Source: an uncultured Planctomycetales bacterium
Lineage (GTDB): Bacteria > Omnitrophota > Gorgyraeia > Zapsychrales > Fredricksoniimonadaceae
Length of the DNA stretch: 64,000 bases
Direction: 5' to 3'
NCBI GenBank assembly: GCA_964438075.1
Contig: CAYTIW010000007.1
Location: forward strand, 1 to 64,000
The notes under the pieces: model-generated
What the model saw: only the letters and a program-made list of their open reading frames with translations
What the model was told of the DNA's origin: nothing
The model's database searches: none
In this document: positions 8,449-20,244 of the stretch, one piece after another
Layout: each line of letters opens with the position of its first letter
How positions within the stretch are numbered: the first letter of the stretch is position 1
Translations under genes and position numbers: made by a program

Positions 8449-9915
8449 ATGAGCATAAAAGTACAGTATACGGAAGTCGGATACGTGAAAGCCATCCGCG
8501 GTTGTATCGTTATCGTGACCGGTTTTGGCAATTGCATTAACGGCCAGTTGATCCGGTTCGGATACGGCACTATCGGGATGGTTGTCGGGTTCACGGAGAC
8601 AGAGGCCCAGGTGCTGATCCTGAAAGAGACAGAAAAGATACGTACCGGCCAGGAGGCGCAAGCTTCGGTTGAACCTCTGGTCACACCCGTTGGAAAGAAT
8701 TTTATCGGCCGTATAGTTAATCCGCTAGCCGAGCCGTTGGATGGGCTGGGGCCGATCGTGCCGGATGATATTGCACCGATCTTTCCGGAATCGCCTCCCA
8801 TCCTGGACCGGCAGCCTTTGAACAAGACCTTGGAAACCGGGATCAAAGTCCTCGATGCCATGATCCCTATCGGGCGCGGTCAGCGGGAATTGATCCTCGG
8901 CGATAAAATGACCGGGAAGACCACCTTTGTTACGGATACGATCGTCAACCAGAAAGATGCCGGGGTAATATGTATTTATTGCGGTATCGGCAAGGCGCGT
9001 TCCAGCCTGGCAAAAGTGGTGCAGCTTTTCAAGGACCGCGGATGTTTCGATTACAGCATAATAGTTTCCGCCTCGGCATCCTCACCGCCTGGCCAGCAGT
9101 ATCTGGCCCCGTACGTGGCCTGTTCATTGGGGGAGTATTTCATGCGTCGCGGACAGGATGTTTTTATCGGATTCGACGATTTCACTAAGCATGCCTGGTC
9201 TTACCGGGAGATATCCTTACTATTGGGACGGCCGCCGGGGCGTGATTCTTATCCGGGAGACATATTTTATCTTCACTCCAAAATGATCGAACGCGCCTGT
9301 TTCCTTTCCAAGGAGAAAGGCGGAGGGTCCATGACTTTCTTCCCGATCGTTGAGATACTCGAAGGGGATCTTACCGCCTTCGTGCCCTCGAACCTGGTCT
9401 CCATGACAGACGGTCAGATATACCTCAGCGCCCAGCTTTTCGGTGAAGGGCAGAAACCGGCCCTGGATCTAGGCTTGTCCGTTTCCCGGGTTGGATCCAA
9501 GGTCCAATGGCCGGCTATCAAGGCGTTGTCCGGGCCTCTGCGTTTGGAGTACCTGCAGTACCGCGAATTGCTGCGGATTTCCAAGTTAAAGACCTCCGGT
9601 CAGTCTGAGGACATGAAGCAGAAATTGAAACGCGGTTCGATACTGACCGCCATCCTCCGGCAGTACAAGGATTCGCCGGTGTGCCAGGAAATGCAGGTGT
9701 TGATATTCTACGCCTTTAACAAGAAGTATCTGAACGATTTCACAATCGAGCAGGTCGACGCTTTTCAGAATAGCTGTCTGGAGTATACCAAGAACGTGAA
9801 GCCGGAATTTTTGACGCTATTGAGAGAGCGCCGCAAGTTGGACCCCGAGATCGAGAAATTGATGGATGAAGTTATAAATGGCCTGTCAGCGCAAGTAACT
9901 GGGAAGGGGCATTAA
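8449..9915 (+). CDS. atpA: F1-ATPase alpha-subunit homolog (divergent)
   Basis: Walker A GDKMTGKTT; LLGRPPGRDSYPGDIFYLHSKMIERA (canonical [24 protein letters not shown]); GGGSMTFFPIVE; SVSRVGSKVQ. The resemblance to alpha runs the full length. Confidence 0.85.
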   Translation: MSIKVQYTEVGYVKAIRGCIVIVTGFGNCINGQLIRFGYGTIGMVVGFTETEAQVLILKETEKIRTGQEAQASVEPLVTPVGKNFIGRIVNPLAEPLDGLGPIVPDDIAPIFPESPPILDRQPLNKTLETGIKVLDAMIPIGRGQRELILGDKMTGKTTFVTDTIVNQKDAGVICIYCGIGKARSSLAKVVQLFKDRGCFDYSIIVSASASSPPGQQYLAPYVACSLGEYFMRRGQDVFIGFDDFTKHAWSYREISLLLGRPPGRDSYPGDIFYLHSKMIERACFLSKEKGGGSMTFFPIVEILEGDLTAFVPSNLVSMTDGQIYLSAQLFGEGQKPALDLGLSVSRVGSKVQWPAIKALSGPLRLEYLQYRELLRISKLKTSGQSEDMKQKLKRGSILTAILRQYKDSPVCQEMQVLIFYAFNKKYLNDFTIEQVDAFQNSCLEYTKNVKPEFLTLLRERRKLDPEIEKLMDEVINGLSAQVTGKGH

Positions 9916-9978
9916 ATTTAGTTCTTATGCGGATGTGTTTTATCTGAGGCTGCTAGAGGTGAGGGAGAAAAGCGTTCT

Positions 9979-10248
9979 ATGCCACCATTATATAAGGGGA
10001 ATTTCCGTTGCGTGATCTTGAGCGCCAAGCGTTTGGTATTTGAGGCTGAGATAAACAGCCTTTTTATTACCGGTGATAGGGGAGAGTATGAGCTTTTGGC
10101 ATATCATTATCCTCTTATCGGTATCGTTAAAGGCGATATTGTGATCAATTGGGAAAAACGTTTGCCGGTAAGGGGCGGGGTGGTGCGGTTCTTCGCTAAT
10201 GAATGCAATGTCATGATCGAAGAAGCCCCAGCTCAGAAAACCAACTGA
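9979..10248 (+). CDS. atpC: F1 epsilon-subunit-like protein with the beta-sandwich domain only
   Basis: 89 aa. GEYELLAYHYPLIGIVKGDIVI ... VRGGVVRFFANECNVMIEEA matches the epsilon N-terminal domain pattern (EG.GIL.GH.P....L..G.+.+ ... VSGGF.EV..N.VTILA). The C-terminal two-helix hairpin is absent. Confidence 0.6.
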   Translation: MPPLYKGNFRCVILSAKRLVFEAEINSLFITGDRGEYELLAYHYPLIGIVKGDIVINWEKRLPVRGGVVRFFANECNVMIEEAPAQKTN

Positions 10249-10263
10249 GATTAGAGGGAGGCC

Positions 10264-10482
10264 ATGTTAGCTGAAACATTCATTATTATTACGGTAATGT
10301 TCATAGCTGTTATGGGGCCGAACGTCGTCATCGGTATGCTGGGCTATGCCGTGATCAAAGCGCTAAGTAGAAATCCCTCTGCCGCTTCCAAGATCTTCGG
10401 AGCGATGGTCATCATGTTGATATTCGTGGAGGCGATATCGATCGTGGCCATGATGGTGATTTTCCAACTTTTTGCGAGGTAA
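10264..10482 (+). CDS. atpE: Fo c-subunit (proteolipid) homolog
   Basis: 72-aa two-helix hairpin with polar loop SRNP (canonical R-[QN]-P) and a helix-2 carboxylate in LIFVEAISIV. Helix 1 lacks the usual GxGxGxG packing motif. Confidence 0.7.
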   Translation: MLAETFIIITVMFIAVMGPNVVIGMLGYAVIKALSRNPSAASKIFGAMVIMLIFVEAISIVAMMVIFQLFAR

Positions 10483-10485
10483 TCG

Positions 10486-10716
10486 ATGCAATTTCAGTAT
10501 TGGCCCGAAGGATTGATATTTATAGCCCTGTTCACGTTTATTATCGGGTTCCCCTGTGTCATGGTGGCTATATTGGGAACAAAACTTATTAATTATATAG
10601 GTCAGTATCCGTCCAAGTGTGCCAGGCGTCAGATGATAGCGTGTTTGCAGCTTTTTGTGATTGAGCTGATCTCGTTCGCGATCTTGGCGCTTTTTTATCA
10701 TATCTTTTCCGATTAA
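10486..10716 (+). CDS. Second, divergent c-subunit-like two-helix hairpin protein
   Basis: 76 aa, starting 3 nt after the c-subunit stop. Two hydrophobic helices, loop GQYPSK, and a helix-2 Glu in LFVIELISFA at a position analogous to the c-subunit ion-binding carboxylate. Confidence 0.45.
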   Translation: MQFQYWPEGLIFIALFTFIIGFPCVMVAILGTKLINYIGQYPSKCARRQMIACLQLFVIELISFAILALFYHIFSD

Positions 10717-10730
10717 CAAAGGAGCCGGTC

Positions 10731-11486
10731 ATGACGTTCGAATTGATCGTTGGATTCTTCATACTAAATGCCCTTGTTACAGGGGCTATTATTCTGGCCC
10801 TGCACTGGGTCTTTGTTTCCAGTGTCGACGGAGCCAAACAAAGGCTGGAACGCGATGCCGAGTCTGCCCGGGCCCGCGAGGCGGAACTTAACCGCAAGAT
10901 CAGGCAGGCTGATGAAGAGCTAACGGCCCGGAAGAAAGAACTCGACCTTGTCGAACAGCGGATGAAAGGCCAGCTTGAGCAAGAGACCGAAAAACACCGG
11001 GAAGACCTGGTAAACAAGGCCCGTAGCGAGGCTGAAGAGATCATCGCCAAAGCACAGATAGCGGCTGAAGGTTTGCGCAAGGAGGCTGAGAAACAGATGG
11101 AGATAAAGATCATCGATTATTCGACCAGGATACTTAACGAGATCTTTTCTAGAAAGGCCAAAGCGGCTTTTGAAAAAGATCTGGTCGAAGAGTTCGTTTC
11201 CCAACTTAAAGAGATCGATATGTCCAAGATCAGCCTCGAGATCAAGAAGGCCGAAGTGGTTACCGCCTGCGGGATATCCGATGAGGACCTGAAACGTATT
11301 GCGGATATGGTCAGGGTAAAGACCGGCCGCGACATAGCTTTGGAGACCAAGGTGTCGGATGAGTTTGTGGCCGGGGTGGTGGTCAAGTTCGGCAGCCTGC
11401 ATTTGGACGGAAGCGTGCGGAACGCCATTCGGGAATCGGCGTTAGCCCTAAAAGGCGAAGTTGATAAGGGGAATTTACGAAAGTAA
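10731..11486 (+). CDS. atpF: Peripheral-stalk b-delta fusion-like protein
   Basis: An N-terminal TM (IVGFFILNALVTGAIILALHWVF) is followed by a long E/K/R/A-rich coiled coil typical of subunit b. The C-terminus DEFVAGVVVKFGSLHLDGSVRNAIRE resembles the delta/OSCP C-terminal signature (GG..+++GD...DGSVR..L). Confidence 0.6.
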   Translation: MTFELIVGFFILNALVTGAIILALHWVFVSSVDGAKQRLERDAESARAREAELNRKIRQADEELTARKKELDLVEQRMKGQLEQETEKHREDLVNKARSEAEEIIAKAQIAAEGLRKEAEKQMEIKIIDYSTRILNEIFSRKAKAAFEKDLVEEFVSQLKEIDMSKISLEIKKAEVVTACGISDEDLKRIADMVRVKTGRDIALETKVSDEFVAGVVVKFGSLHLDGSVRNAIRESALALKGEVDKGNLRK

Positions 11487-11498
11487 AAAGAGCTCGTA

Positions 11499-13791
<2,293 letters not shown>

Positions 13792-13793
13792 AG

Positions 13794-15539
13794 ATGTTGA
13801 AGTCAGCGGTAAATAAAGCAGTATGCGAAGCGCTTCTCAAAAGTACTCTTTTGGACGAGCCTAACCTCCAGAAATATGCCGCTGAGGCCCATCGGCTGAA
13901 CCAGAAGATATCCTTTTACCTCGTCCAGCAAGGCATTTTGAAGACCCCCGCCGTTCTCCGGGCCTTGGCAGAACATTTCCACTTGGATATCGTCAATCTG
14001 AAGACGGTCAATGTCGACCGTATGGCCATCGACCGGGTCCCGGTCAAGTTCGCTTCCTATTACCGATTCATGCCCTTGGCCGTGGACGGGAACCGTTTGA
14101 CAGCTGCTGTTTCGGAACCGCTGGATATACATAATCAGGACGACATACGCGCGCATTTAGGCCTGGAACCGCGTTTTGTCCTGGCCTCGCCGTGGGATAT
14201 CGATGAAGCTCTGAAGCGTTATTACGGCCTGGCTTCCGAGACCATTGACCAGATATTGACCAAGGACCCGCAGAAACGGTCGGCCTTTTCCGAAGACCGT
14301 TCTTCCAAGATAGAGGATATCGAGAAGCAGAGCGAAGACCCGTCGGTCACTAAACTGGTCAATCAGATCATTTTGGAGGCCTACCAGAAGCGGGCTACGG
14401 ATATCCACATCGAACCCTACCGTAACCGGGTCCGTTTCCGCTATCGTATCGACGGGGTTCTGCTCGATGCCAATCTCCCTCCGGAAGCAAAGCATTTTCT
14501 CCTGGCCATAATATCGCGTATAAAGATCATGGCCAACCTGACCATCACCGAGAAGCGGCTTCCCCAGGACGGGAGCGCGGTGGTACGCGTGAAGGAACAG
14601 GCCCTGGACCTGCGCGTTTCAACCATCCCCACCCAGCACGGGGAGAGCATGGTCATACGACTTTTGCCGACCACTACCACGCTGCTGGACCTGGAGAAGC
14701 TAGGGTTTAATGCCGATAATGCCAGCAAGTTCAGGGAACTGATACGCCATCCGCATGGCGTTATTTTTGTTACGGGGCCTACCGGTAGCGGAAAGACCAC
14801 CACCTTGTACGCCTGCCTGAACGAGATCAACGACCCGACCCGCAAGATCATCACTATCGAGGACCCGATAGAGTATGAGATGGAGGGGATCACTCAGATA
14901 CAGATCAACTCCGGCATCGATTTCGGTTTCGCGACCGGCTTGCGCAGCATCCTGCGGCACGATCCGGACATCCTCATGGTGGGAGAAGTGCGGGACCGGG
15001 AGACGGCCGACATCGCTATTCGTACTGCCCTGACCGGCCATTTGGTGTTCTCCTCGCTGCACACTAATGATGCCGCAACCGGGGTGACACGCTTGGTTGA
15101 TATGGGGGTGGAACCTTATCTGGTGGCCTCGAGCGTGCAAGCTTTCATTGCCCAGCGTTTGGTGAGGGTCATATGCCCGCAGTGCAAAGAGGAGGACCGC
15201 GAGCCGCTGATGGAGATAAGGAAGGAGATAGCCAGGAGTTTAGGTTTCTCCTCGCTGGATGAAATAAAATTCTTCAAGGGCCGGGGCTGTGACCAATGCA
15301 ACAATACGGGTTATTATGGCCGTACGGCTATTTATGAAATATTGGAGATAACCGAAGCCATCCGCTCCGCGATCCTGGACAAGCCGAGGGCGGAAGAGAT
15401 AAAACGCATAGCCGTACACGGAGGGATGCGCACGCTGCGGCAGGACGGCTGGAAGAACGTTATAGCCGGTGTTACCACTCCGGCCGAGGTCTTGAACGTA
15501 ACGCTTAAGGAGACGGCTGGGGCATCCTCCGCGGTCTAG
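13794..15539 (+). CDS. gspE: Type II secretion / type IV pilus assembly ATPase (GspE/PilB family)
   Basis: The ATG lies 2 nt after the atpD stop. N-terminal T2SSE_N-like domain, Walker A GPTGSGKTT, Walker B/Asp box DILMVGEVRD, and a tetracysteine CPQC...CDQC. Confidence 0.9.
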   Translation: MLKSAVNKAVCEALLKSTLLDEPNLQKYAAEAHRLNQKISFYLVQQGILKTPAVLRALAEHFHLDIVNLKTVNVDRMAIDRVPVKFASYYRFMPLAVDGNRLTAAVSEPLDIHNQDDIRAHLGLEPRFVLASPWDIDEALKRYYGLASETIDQILTKDPQKRSAFSEDRSSKIEDIEKQSEDPSVTKLVNQIILEAYQKRATDIHIEPYRNRVRFRYRIDGVLLDANLPPEAKHFLLAIISRIKIMANLTITEKRLPQDGSAVVRVKEQALDLRVSTIPTQHGESMVIRLLPTTTTLLDLEKLGFNADNASKFRELIRHPHGVIFVTGPTGSGKTTTLYACLNEINDPTRKIITIEDPIEYEMEGITQIQINSGIDFGFATGLRSILRHDPDILMVGEVRDRETADIAIRTALTGHLVFSSLHTNDAATGVTRLVDMGVEPYLVASSVQAFIAQRLVRVICPQCKEEDREPLMEIRKEIARSLGFSSLDEIKFFKGRGCDQCNNTGYYGRTAIYEILEITEAIRSAILDKPRAEEIKRIAVHGGMRTLRQDGWKNVIAGVTTPAEVLNVTLKETAGASSAV

Positions 15540-15634
15540 TGCCTTTTTGCCCATTTTTACTTCAGCCCCCTGTCCTGGTGTTTTGCATCGTTGGGATCGT
15601 TCGATGACTCTAAATAATGAAAGGGGCCGGTCCC

Positions 15635-16846
15635 ATGCCGGTTTTTGCCTATAAAGCCAAAAAAGACAATGCTGAGACGGTCCTGGGCGATATCGTGGCC
15701 CGGGATGCCAACGAGGCTATCGAGATGGTCAGCCGTCGCGGTCTCTTGCCGGTCGCCGTTGAAGAGAAGGAAGGAGAGGGTGCGGCATCTGTATTGGGAT
15801 TGTCTGCCGGAAATGTCCGTCGAAAAGACATCATGGTGTTCACGGGGCAGTTGGTGAGCTTGCTGAAGGCCGGGGTCCCTCTTCTGCAATCGATAGAACT
15901 GTTGTCAAGGAAGACACGCAACGCCAAACTAGCCTATGTTCTGTCCGATATCGCGCTGAACATACGCAACGGCAAAACTTTCTCCGCAGGACTGGAGGAT
16001 CATCCGGATATCTTTGAGCCCCTGTATACGGCTATGGCCCGGGCGGGTGAGGAAGGCGGGAGCATTCGGGAAATGCTGGCTGAGATGGCTGATTATTATC
16101 GCAAGCAGGAAGATATCGCCCTAAAGGTCCGCGGCGCGCTGACTTACCCGGCGGTCATGTTGGTAGCCGGTATCGGCACGGTCATTTTTGTGCTTACTTT
16201 CGTGCTGCCTAAGATCAAGGTGCTTTTCAAGGATATGCATACGGCGCTCCCCTTGCCAACGGTGATAGTACTCAAGTTGAGCGAGATGGTGCAGAATGGG
16301 TGGCCCGTGATCCTGGCTATTGCGGTCCTGGGCGCTTTATCATGGCAATCCCTCCGTCGCATGGCAGCTTTCCGGAGGGCCGTTGGCCAGGTCATTTTTG
16401 CCTTGCCATGGGTAAGGGAGTTTGCCTTGAAAATAGAGATGCAGAGGTTCACCAGGACCATGAGCTTCCTGCTGGAAGGCGGCATCCCTATATTGCGGGC
16501 TTTGGAGCTGGCCATCCCGACACTGTCAAATGAAACTTTGAAGGATGACCTGGGCAAGTGCAAAGATATGATAGCGGACGGCGCCACCTTTGGGGACACG
16601 CTAAGACGTTCCGTTCTCATACCTGATATAGTGCCGTCATTGGTAGCGGTAGGGGAAGAGGCCGGCGCGCTCGCACAATCACTCAGGGATATAGCGGAGA
16701 CTTACGAGCAGGAGATCGGCGAAAGCACCAAGGCCATGTCGACCCTGCTGGAACCGCTCCTGATTCTCCTGGTGGGATCGGTGATAGCCTTCATTGTTTT
16801 TGCTATGTTGATGCCTATATTTCAGATGGATATTTTCGCCCAATGA
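15635..16846 (+). CDS. gspF: Type II secretion / T4P platform protein (GspF/PilC family)
   Basis: I chose the MPVFAYKAKK start (ATG 15635, AAAGGGG about 9 nt upstream) over the ORF-track start at 15617. It has the typical GspF layout with two repeated cytoplasmic domains and three TM segments, and ends LLMPIFQMD. Confidence 0.88.
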   Translation: MPVFAYKAKKDNAETVLGDIVARDANEAIEMVSRRGLLPVAVEEKEGEGAASVLGLSAGNVRRKDIMVFTGQLVSLLKAGVPLLQSIELLSRKTRNAKLAYVLSDIALNIRNGKTFSAGLEDHPDIFEPLYTAMARAGEEGGSIREMLAEMADYYRKQEDIALKVRGALTYPAVMLVAGIGTVIFVLTFVLPKIKVLFKDMHTALPLPTVIVLKLSEMVQNGWPVILAIAVLGALSWQSLRRMAAFRRAVGQVIFALPWVREFALKIEMQRFTRTMSFLLEGGIPILRALELAIPTLSNETLKDDLGKCKDMIADGATFGDTLRRSVLIPDIVPSLVAVGEEAGALAQSLRDIAETYEQEIGESTKAMSTLLEPLLILLVGSVIAFIVFAMLMPIFQMDIFAQ

Positions 16847-17685
16847 CCCTGACATGGAAGTTCATAGCGCCGGTGGCCGTGTTATGGTTAGTTATGGTTA
16901 TGGGCCCCGCGCGGGCCGTTGAAGAGCCATTTCGTGAACTTAAGGGCGATCATTTTATTGTCAAATATTTGCTTGAGGATGAACGCAGCCGGGCTGTCCA
17001 GATATTAACCCGCGCGGAGTTATATTATAAGAGGGTGGCTGAAAGTATCGGTTATAACCGTTACCAGGAATACTGGACTTGGGAACGGCGCGTGACCGTA
17101 GTTCTTTATCCTGACCAACTGTCCTACGCCAAGTTCACCGGACAGCCACAGTGGTCCAAGGGGTATGCCAGCCGGGATTCCAAACTGTTCAGGACCAAGG
17201 TGATCGTTTCCTATGATGGCCAGCCTGAATTCCTGGAGGAGATATTGCCGCATGAGATCGCACATTTGATCCTGTGGGATTTTCTCGGATTTACCCGTAA
17301 GGTGCCGATATGGTTCGAGGAGGGCTTGGCCCAGCGGGAGGAGGATGGCAAGAGAGCCGTTGTGCAGCAGGCCATGAAGGAAGTTGTCATTTCCGGGAAC
17401 GATATCCCTTTTGCCACCTTCCATGGACTGGATGTGGGCAGGATCACGGACCCGGTGCAGGTTTCATTGTTCTATGCCCAAAGTCTCTCGGTGGTGGAGT
17501 TCATGATCGGTAAATACGGCCGTGATGCTTTCAGGAACTTTTGTCGTGAGATACGGGAAGGCCGGGCGTTCGAGGAGGCTTTGCCCCGCGCCTACCCGGC
17601 CATCTTTCGGACGGTGGATGATCTGGGATCGAAATGGAAGAATTATATGCAGAATGAAGTTGTTTCTTCAGGAGGCGGGCTATGA
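16843..17685 (+). CDS. Secreted HExxH zinc metallopeptidase-like protein (Peptidase_MA_2-like)
   Basis: ATGA-type 4-nt overlaps with both gspF (upstream) and gspG (downstream). Signal peptide VAVLWLVMVMGPARA, HEIAHL, then WFEEGLAQ as the third-ligand Glu context. Confidence 0.6.
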   Translation: MTLTWKFIAPVAVLWLVMVMGPARAVEEPFRELKGDHFIVKYLLEDERSRAVQILTRAELYYKRVAESIGYNRYQEYWTWERRVTVVLYPDQLSYAKFTGQPQWSKGYASRDSKLFRTKVIVSYDGQPEFLEEILPHEIAHLILWDFLGFTRKVPIWFEEGLAQREEDGKRAVVQQAMKEVVISGNDIPFATFHGLDVGRITDPVQVSLFYAQSLSVVEFMIGKYGRDAFRNFCREIREGRAFEEALPRAYPAIFRTVDDLGSKWKNYMQNEVVSSGGGL

Positions 17686-18089
17686 ATAACAGCAGAGGGT
17701 TCACGCTGGCAGAGATAATGCTGGTGGTCATCATAATAGGGGCCTTGGCGGCCATGGTCGTCCCCCGCTTGTCCGGCCGGTCCGAACAGGCCCGTATCGC
17801 CGTAGCCAAGGCGGATATAAAGACCAACATCCCTACCGCTTTAAAAATGTACGAGTTGGACAACGGAATGTATCCAACTACAGAGCAGGGTCTCCAGGCT
17901 CTCCGGGAAAAACCATCGTCCGCCCCGGCCCCCAGGTATTGGCACGGGCCTTATTTGGAACAGGATCCGGTGGACCCTTGGGGTAATCCTTACTTTTACG
18001 AATCACCGGGGACCCATCGCTCAGATTACGACTTATATTCCAAAGGCAAGGACCAGAATTCTCCCGATGGTTACATCACCAACTGGTAA
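17682..18089 (+). CDS. gspG: Major type II secretion pseudopilin GspG
   Basis: Prepilin leader MNNSRG|FTLAEIMLVVIIIGALAAMVVP with Glu+5. The GspG signature is LDNGMYPTTEQGLQAL...GPYL...DPWGNPYFYESPG...YDLYSKGKD. Confidence 0.9.
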   Translation: MNNSRGFTLAEIMLVVIIIGALAAMVVPRLSGRSEQARIAVAKADIKTNIPTALKMYELDNGMYPTTEQGLQALREKPSSAPAPRYWHGPYLEQDPVDPWGNPYFYESPGTHRSDYDLYSKGKDQNSPDGYITNW

Positions 18090-18528
18090 CAGGACCGCCC
18101 ACCGCCGAAGCTTTTTCCCGGACTCAAGGGTGGGGCTGACTTTCGTCGAGGTCATGGTCACCTCGGTAATACTATCGGCGGGGCTGGTGGCGATTTACCG
18201 GTCTTTCTTCATCGCAGCTGACGTCGTGCAGCATCTTTCCAACCGGCTTTACGCCCTGAATCTGCTGGAAAACAAGATCACAACGATAGAAAGGGATTTC
18301 CGGTCGCGGAAAGATTTCGATATCGGCCCCTTGACTGAAGACGCCGTGGTGAATAATCATCCCGTGGTTTTTCAGTATCGAGTGGAACTAAAGCCGGTGG
18401 GCAGTCTTCTGACAGTGTTCCAGCTCGACATTTCCTTGTCCTGGGAGGAAAGGGGAAGGTTTCGGAGCGTTTCCCGTTCGGCCTATTTTTCCGGTGTGAC
18501 CCCCTTGGAAAAGGGGGATGCCTCATGA
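18067..18528 (+). CDS. Minor pseudopilin (GspH/GspI-like)
   Basis: A basic leader is followed by G|LTFVEVMVTSVILSAGLVAI (Glu+5 present). The start is uncertain, with a 23-nt overlap with gspG. An in-frame GTG at 18130 would leave almost no leader. Confidence 0.55.
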   Translation: MVTSPTGNRTAHRRSFFPDSRVGLTFVEVMVTSVILSAGLVAIYRSFFIAADVVQHLSNRLYALNLLENKITTIERDFRSRKDFDIGPLTEDAVVNNHPVVFQYRVELKPVGSLLTVFQLDISLSWEERGRFRSVSRSAYFSGVTPLEKGDAS

Positions 18529-19148
18529 GCTTTCGACACGAAAGGGGCCTTATGAAATCCTGCCGTAACTCCGGCTTTACTCTGGCCGAGGTCCTTTTGG
18601 TAACGGTCCTTTTCGCTTCCATAGGGCTGGTAGTTTTCAACTGCCTGAACAATGGCCTCAAACTATGGATGAGGAGCCAGAGCCTGGTTGACGAGCAGGA
18701 TGCGATCGTTTTCTTTGACCGTATAGCCGGGCATTTGCGCAACGCCTTCCTTTATTCAGAGATCCAATTTGCCGGAGAGCCTGAACGGCTGGCATTCCCG
18801 ACGGTTGTTTATACCCCAGCGGACCGGGCAAGTTCGCGTGCCTGGGAAGGATACGTGGAACAGATAGGGATGGTCCGGTATTCCTTTGATGTCGCCCGAG
18901 GCAATGTCTTGCGTGAAGAGGCTGATTATTCTCTCGCCACCCGGGGCAGCTTCGGCCCGGCGAGAGTGGAAGTAAAAGGGGTCAAAGACCTCCGTTTCAG
19001 GTATTACTACTCCGGACACACAGAACCTTCCTTGACCGCTCACGATCAAAAGGCGCTGCCGGCCGGGGTGGAGGTGGAGATACGTTTGGCGGGAGACGGC
19101 GCTGAGAAGGTGTTGAAACGCTATGTGCCTATCCCGGCGGGGAGTTGA
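18525..19148 (+). CDS. Minor pseudopilin (GspJ-like)
   Basis: 4-nt overlap with the upstream gene. Leader ...CRNSG|FTLAEVLLVTVLFASIGLVVF. The ~200-aa size fits GspJ/PulJ-type minor pseudopilins. Confidence 0.6.
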   Translation: MSFRHERGLMKSCRNSGFTLAEVLLVTVLFASIGLVVFNCLNNGLKLWMRSQSLVDEQDAIVFFDRIAGHLRNAFLYSEIQFAGEPERLAFPTVVYTPADRASSRAWEGYVEQIGMVRYSFDVARGNVLREEADYSLATRGSFGPARVEVKGVKDLRFRYYYSGHTEPSLTAHDQKALPAGVEVEIRLAGDGAEKVLKRYVPIPAGS

Positions 19149-19149
19149 T

Positions 19150-20178
19150 ATGCGGGTATCGTCCAGCCAAGGCGGTTTTATATTGATCTTTACTCTGTGG
19201 GTGCTTGGTTTTCTTTCCGTTCTGGCTATCGCCGTCGGAATGGGTTCCCGGCAGAAGATCGCTTTTCTGGAAAGGCTGGAAGACCGCAGCCGGCAGCACC
19301 TGTCCGCAGAGGCCGGGGCCAAGAAGGCGCTCGCTTTGTTGGTCGACGATATCGAGAACAACAAGTTGGCTTTTAACGCCGAGGCCAAGTCCCGTAGGCA
19401 TAATAATCCGGCTGATTTCTCCGGCATTGTTGTCGGCGATAACGGATTCGATGTCTTACACACGGTTTATGACGAAACATCCGGCGCCATGGTGGAACGC
19501 TATGGGGTTTCCGACGAGCAGGGAAAACTCAACCTTAACAACGTCAGTGGCGAACAGCTGGCCAGGCTCTTGGCAGACGTTTTGGGCATGACGACCGAAG
19601 AGGCGCGGAAACAGTCCCAGGCTATTATAGACTGGCGCGATTATGGCAAACATGAAGCCGAAGGTTTTTTTAGCGACGATTATTATAAGAATCTCGAGCA
19701 TCCTTATGAGATGAAGGAGAAGCCCTTCGAACGCATCGATGAACTCTTGCTGGTGAAGGGGCTTGATAATAATAAGTACCATAAATTGCTGCCGTTCGTC
19801 ACGGTATGGGGAGATGGCAGGGTGAACATCAATACCGTTTCGGAGAGGGTCCTCGTTGCGCTGGGGCTGGATCCGGCAGTGGCAGAAAAGGTCCTTAAGG
19901 TCCGCCGGGGAACGGATGACCTTGAATCTACCAGCGACGACCATATATTCACCCGGGCTTTTGATGTTGCCGTTGAGGTCAAGGCGGTCTTGCCTCTGGA
20001 AGAACGCGAGATGCGGCAGATCGACGCCCTTAACACCCGCGGGCTGTTGTCGGCCAATTCTTTTTTGTATTCCATTCGAAGCCGGTCATTGCTGGCTGAC
20101 GGAAAAACAGGCGGGGCAGAAGTGAACATGGTTTTTGATGCTTTGGCCAATAAAATCGTATTCTGGTTCGAAAAATAA
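19150..20178 (+). CDS. gspK: Minor pseudopilin GspK-like
   Basis: Start taken at MRVSSSQGGFILIFTLWVLGFLSVLAIAV, with no Glu+5, as in GspK. The GspK-like segment is IDELLLVKGLDNNKYHKLLPFVTVWGDGRVNINTVSERVLVALGL. Confidence 0.7.
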   Translation: MRVSSSQGGFILIFTLWVLGFLSVLAIAVGMGSRQKIAFLERLEDRSRQHLSAEAGAKKALALLVDDIENNKLAFNAEAKSRRHNNPADFSGIVVGDNGFDVLHTVYDETSGAMVERYGVSDEQGKLNLNNVSGEQLARLLADVLGMTTEEARKQSQAIIDWRDYGKHEAEGFFSDDYYKNLEHPYEMKEKPFERIDELLLVKGLDNNKYHKLLPFVTVWGDGRVNINTVSERVLVALGLDPAVAEKVLKVRRGTDDLESTSDDHIFTRAFDVAVEVKAVLPLEEREMRQIDALNTRGLLSANSFLYSIRSRSLLADGKTGGAEVNMVFDALANKIVFWFEK

Positions 20179-20244
20179 ATCAGTTTTGGGTTGATTGACG
20201 GAAAAAGCTTAGTCTATAATGTAGCCATCAAATGCGGAGAAAAC

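Noticed and set aside
13794-14250. Possible c-di-GMP-binding MshEN motif in the GspE N-terminal domain
   Set aside because: Only part of the 24-residue motif is present (LVQQGILKTPAVLRALAEH), and the leading RLG is absent. That is too weak to claim.
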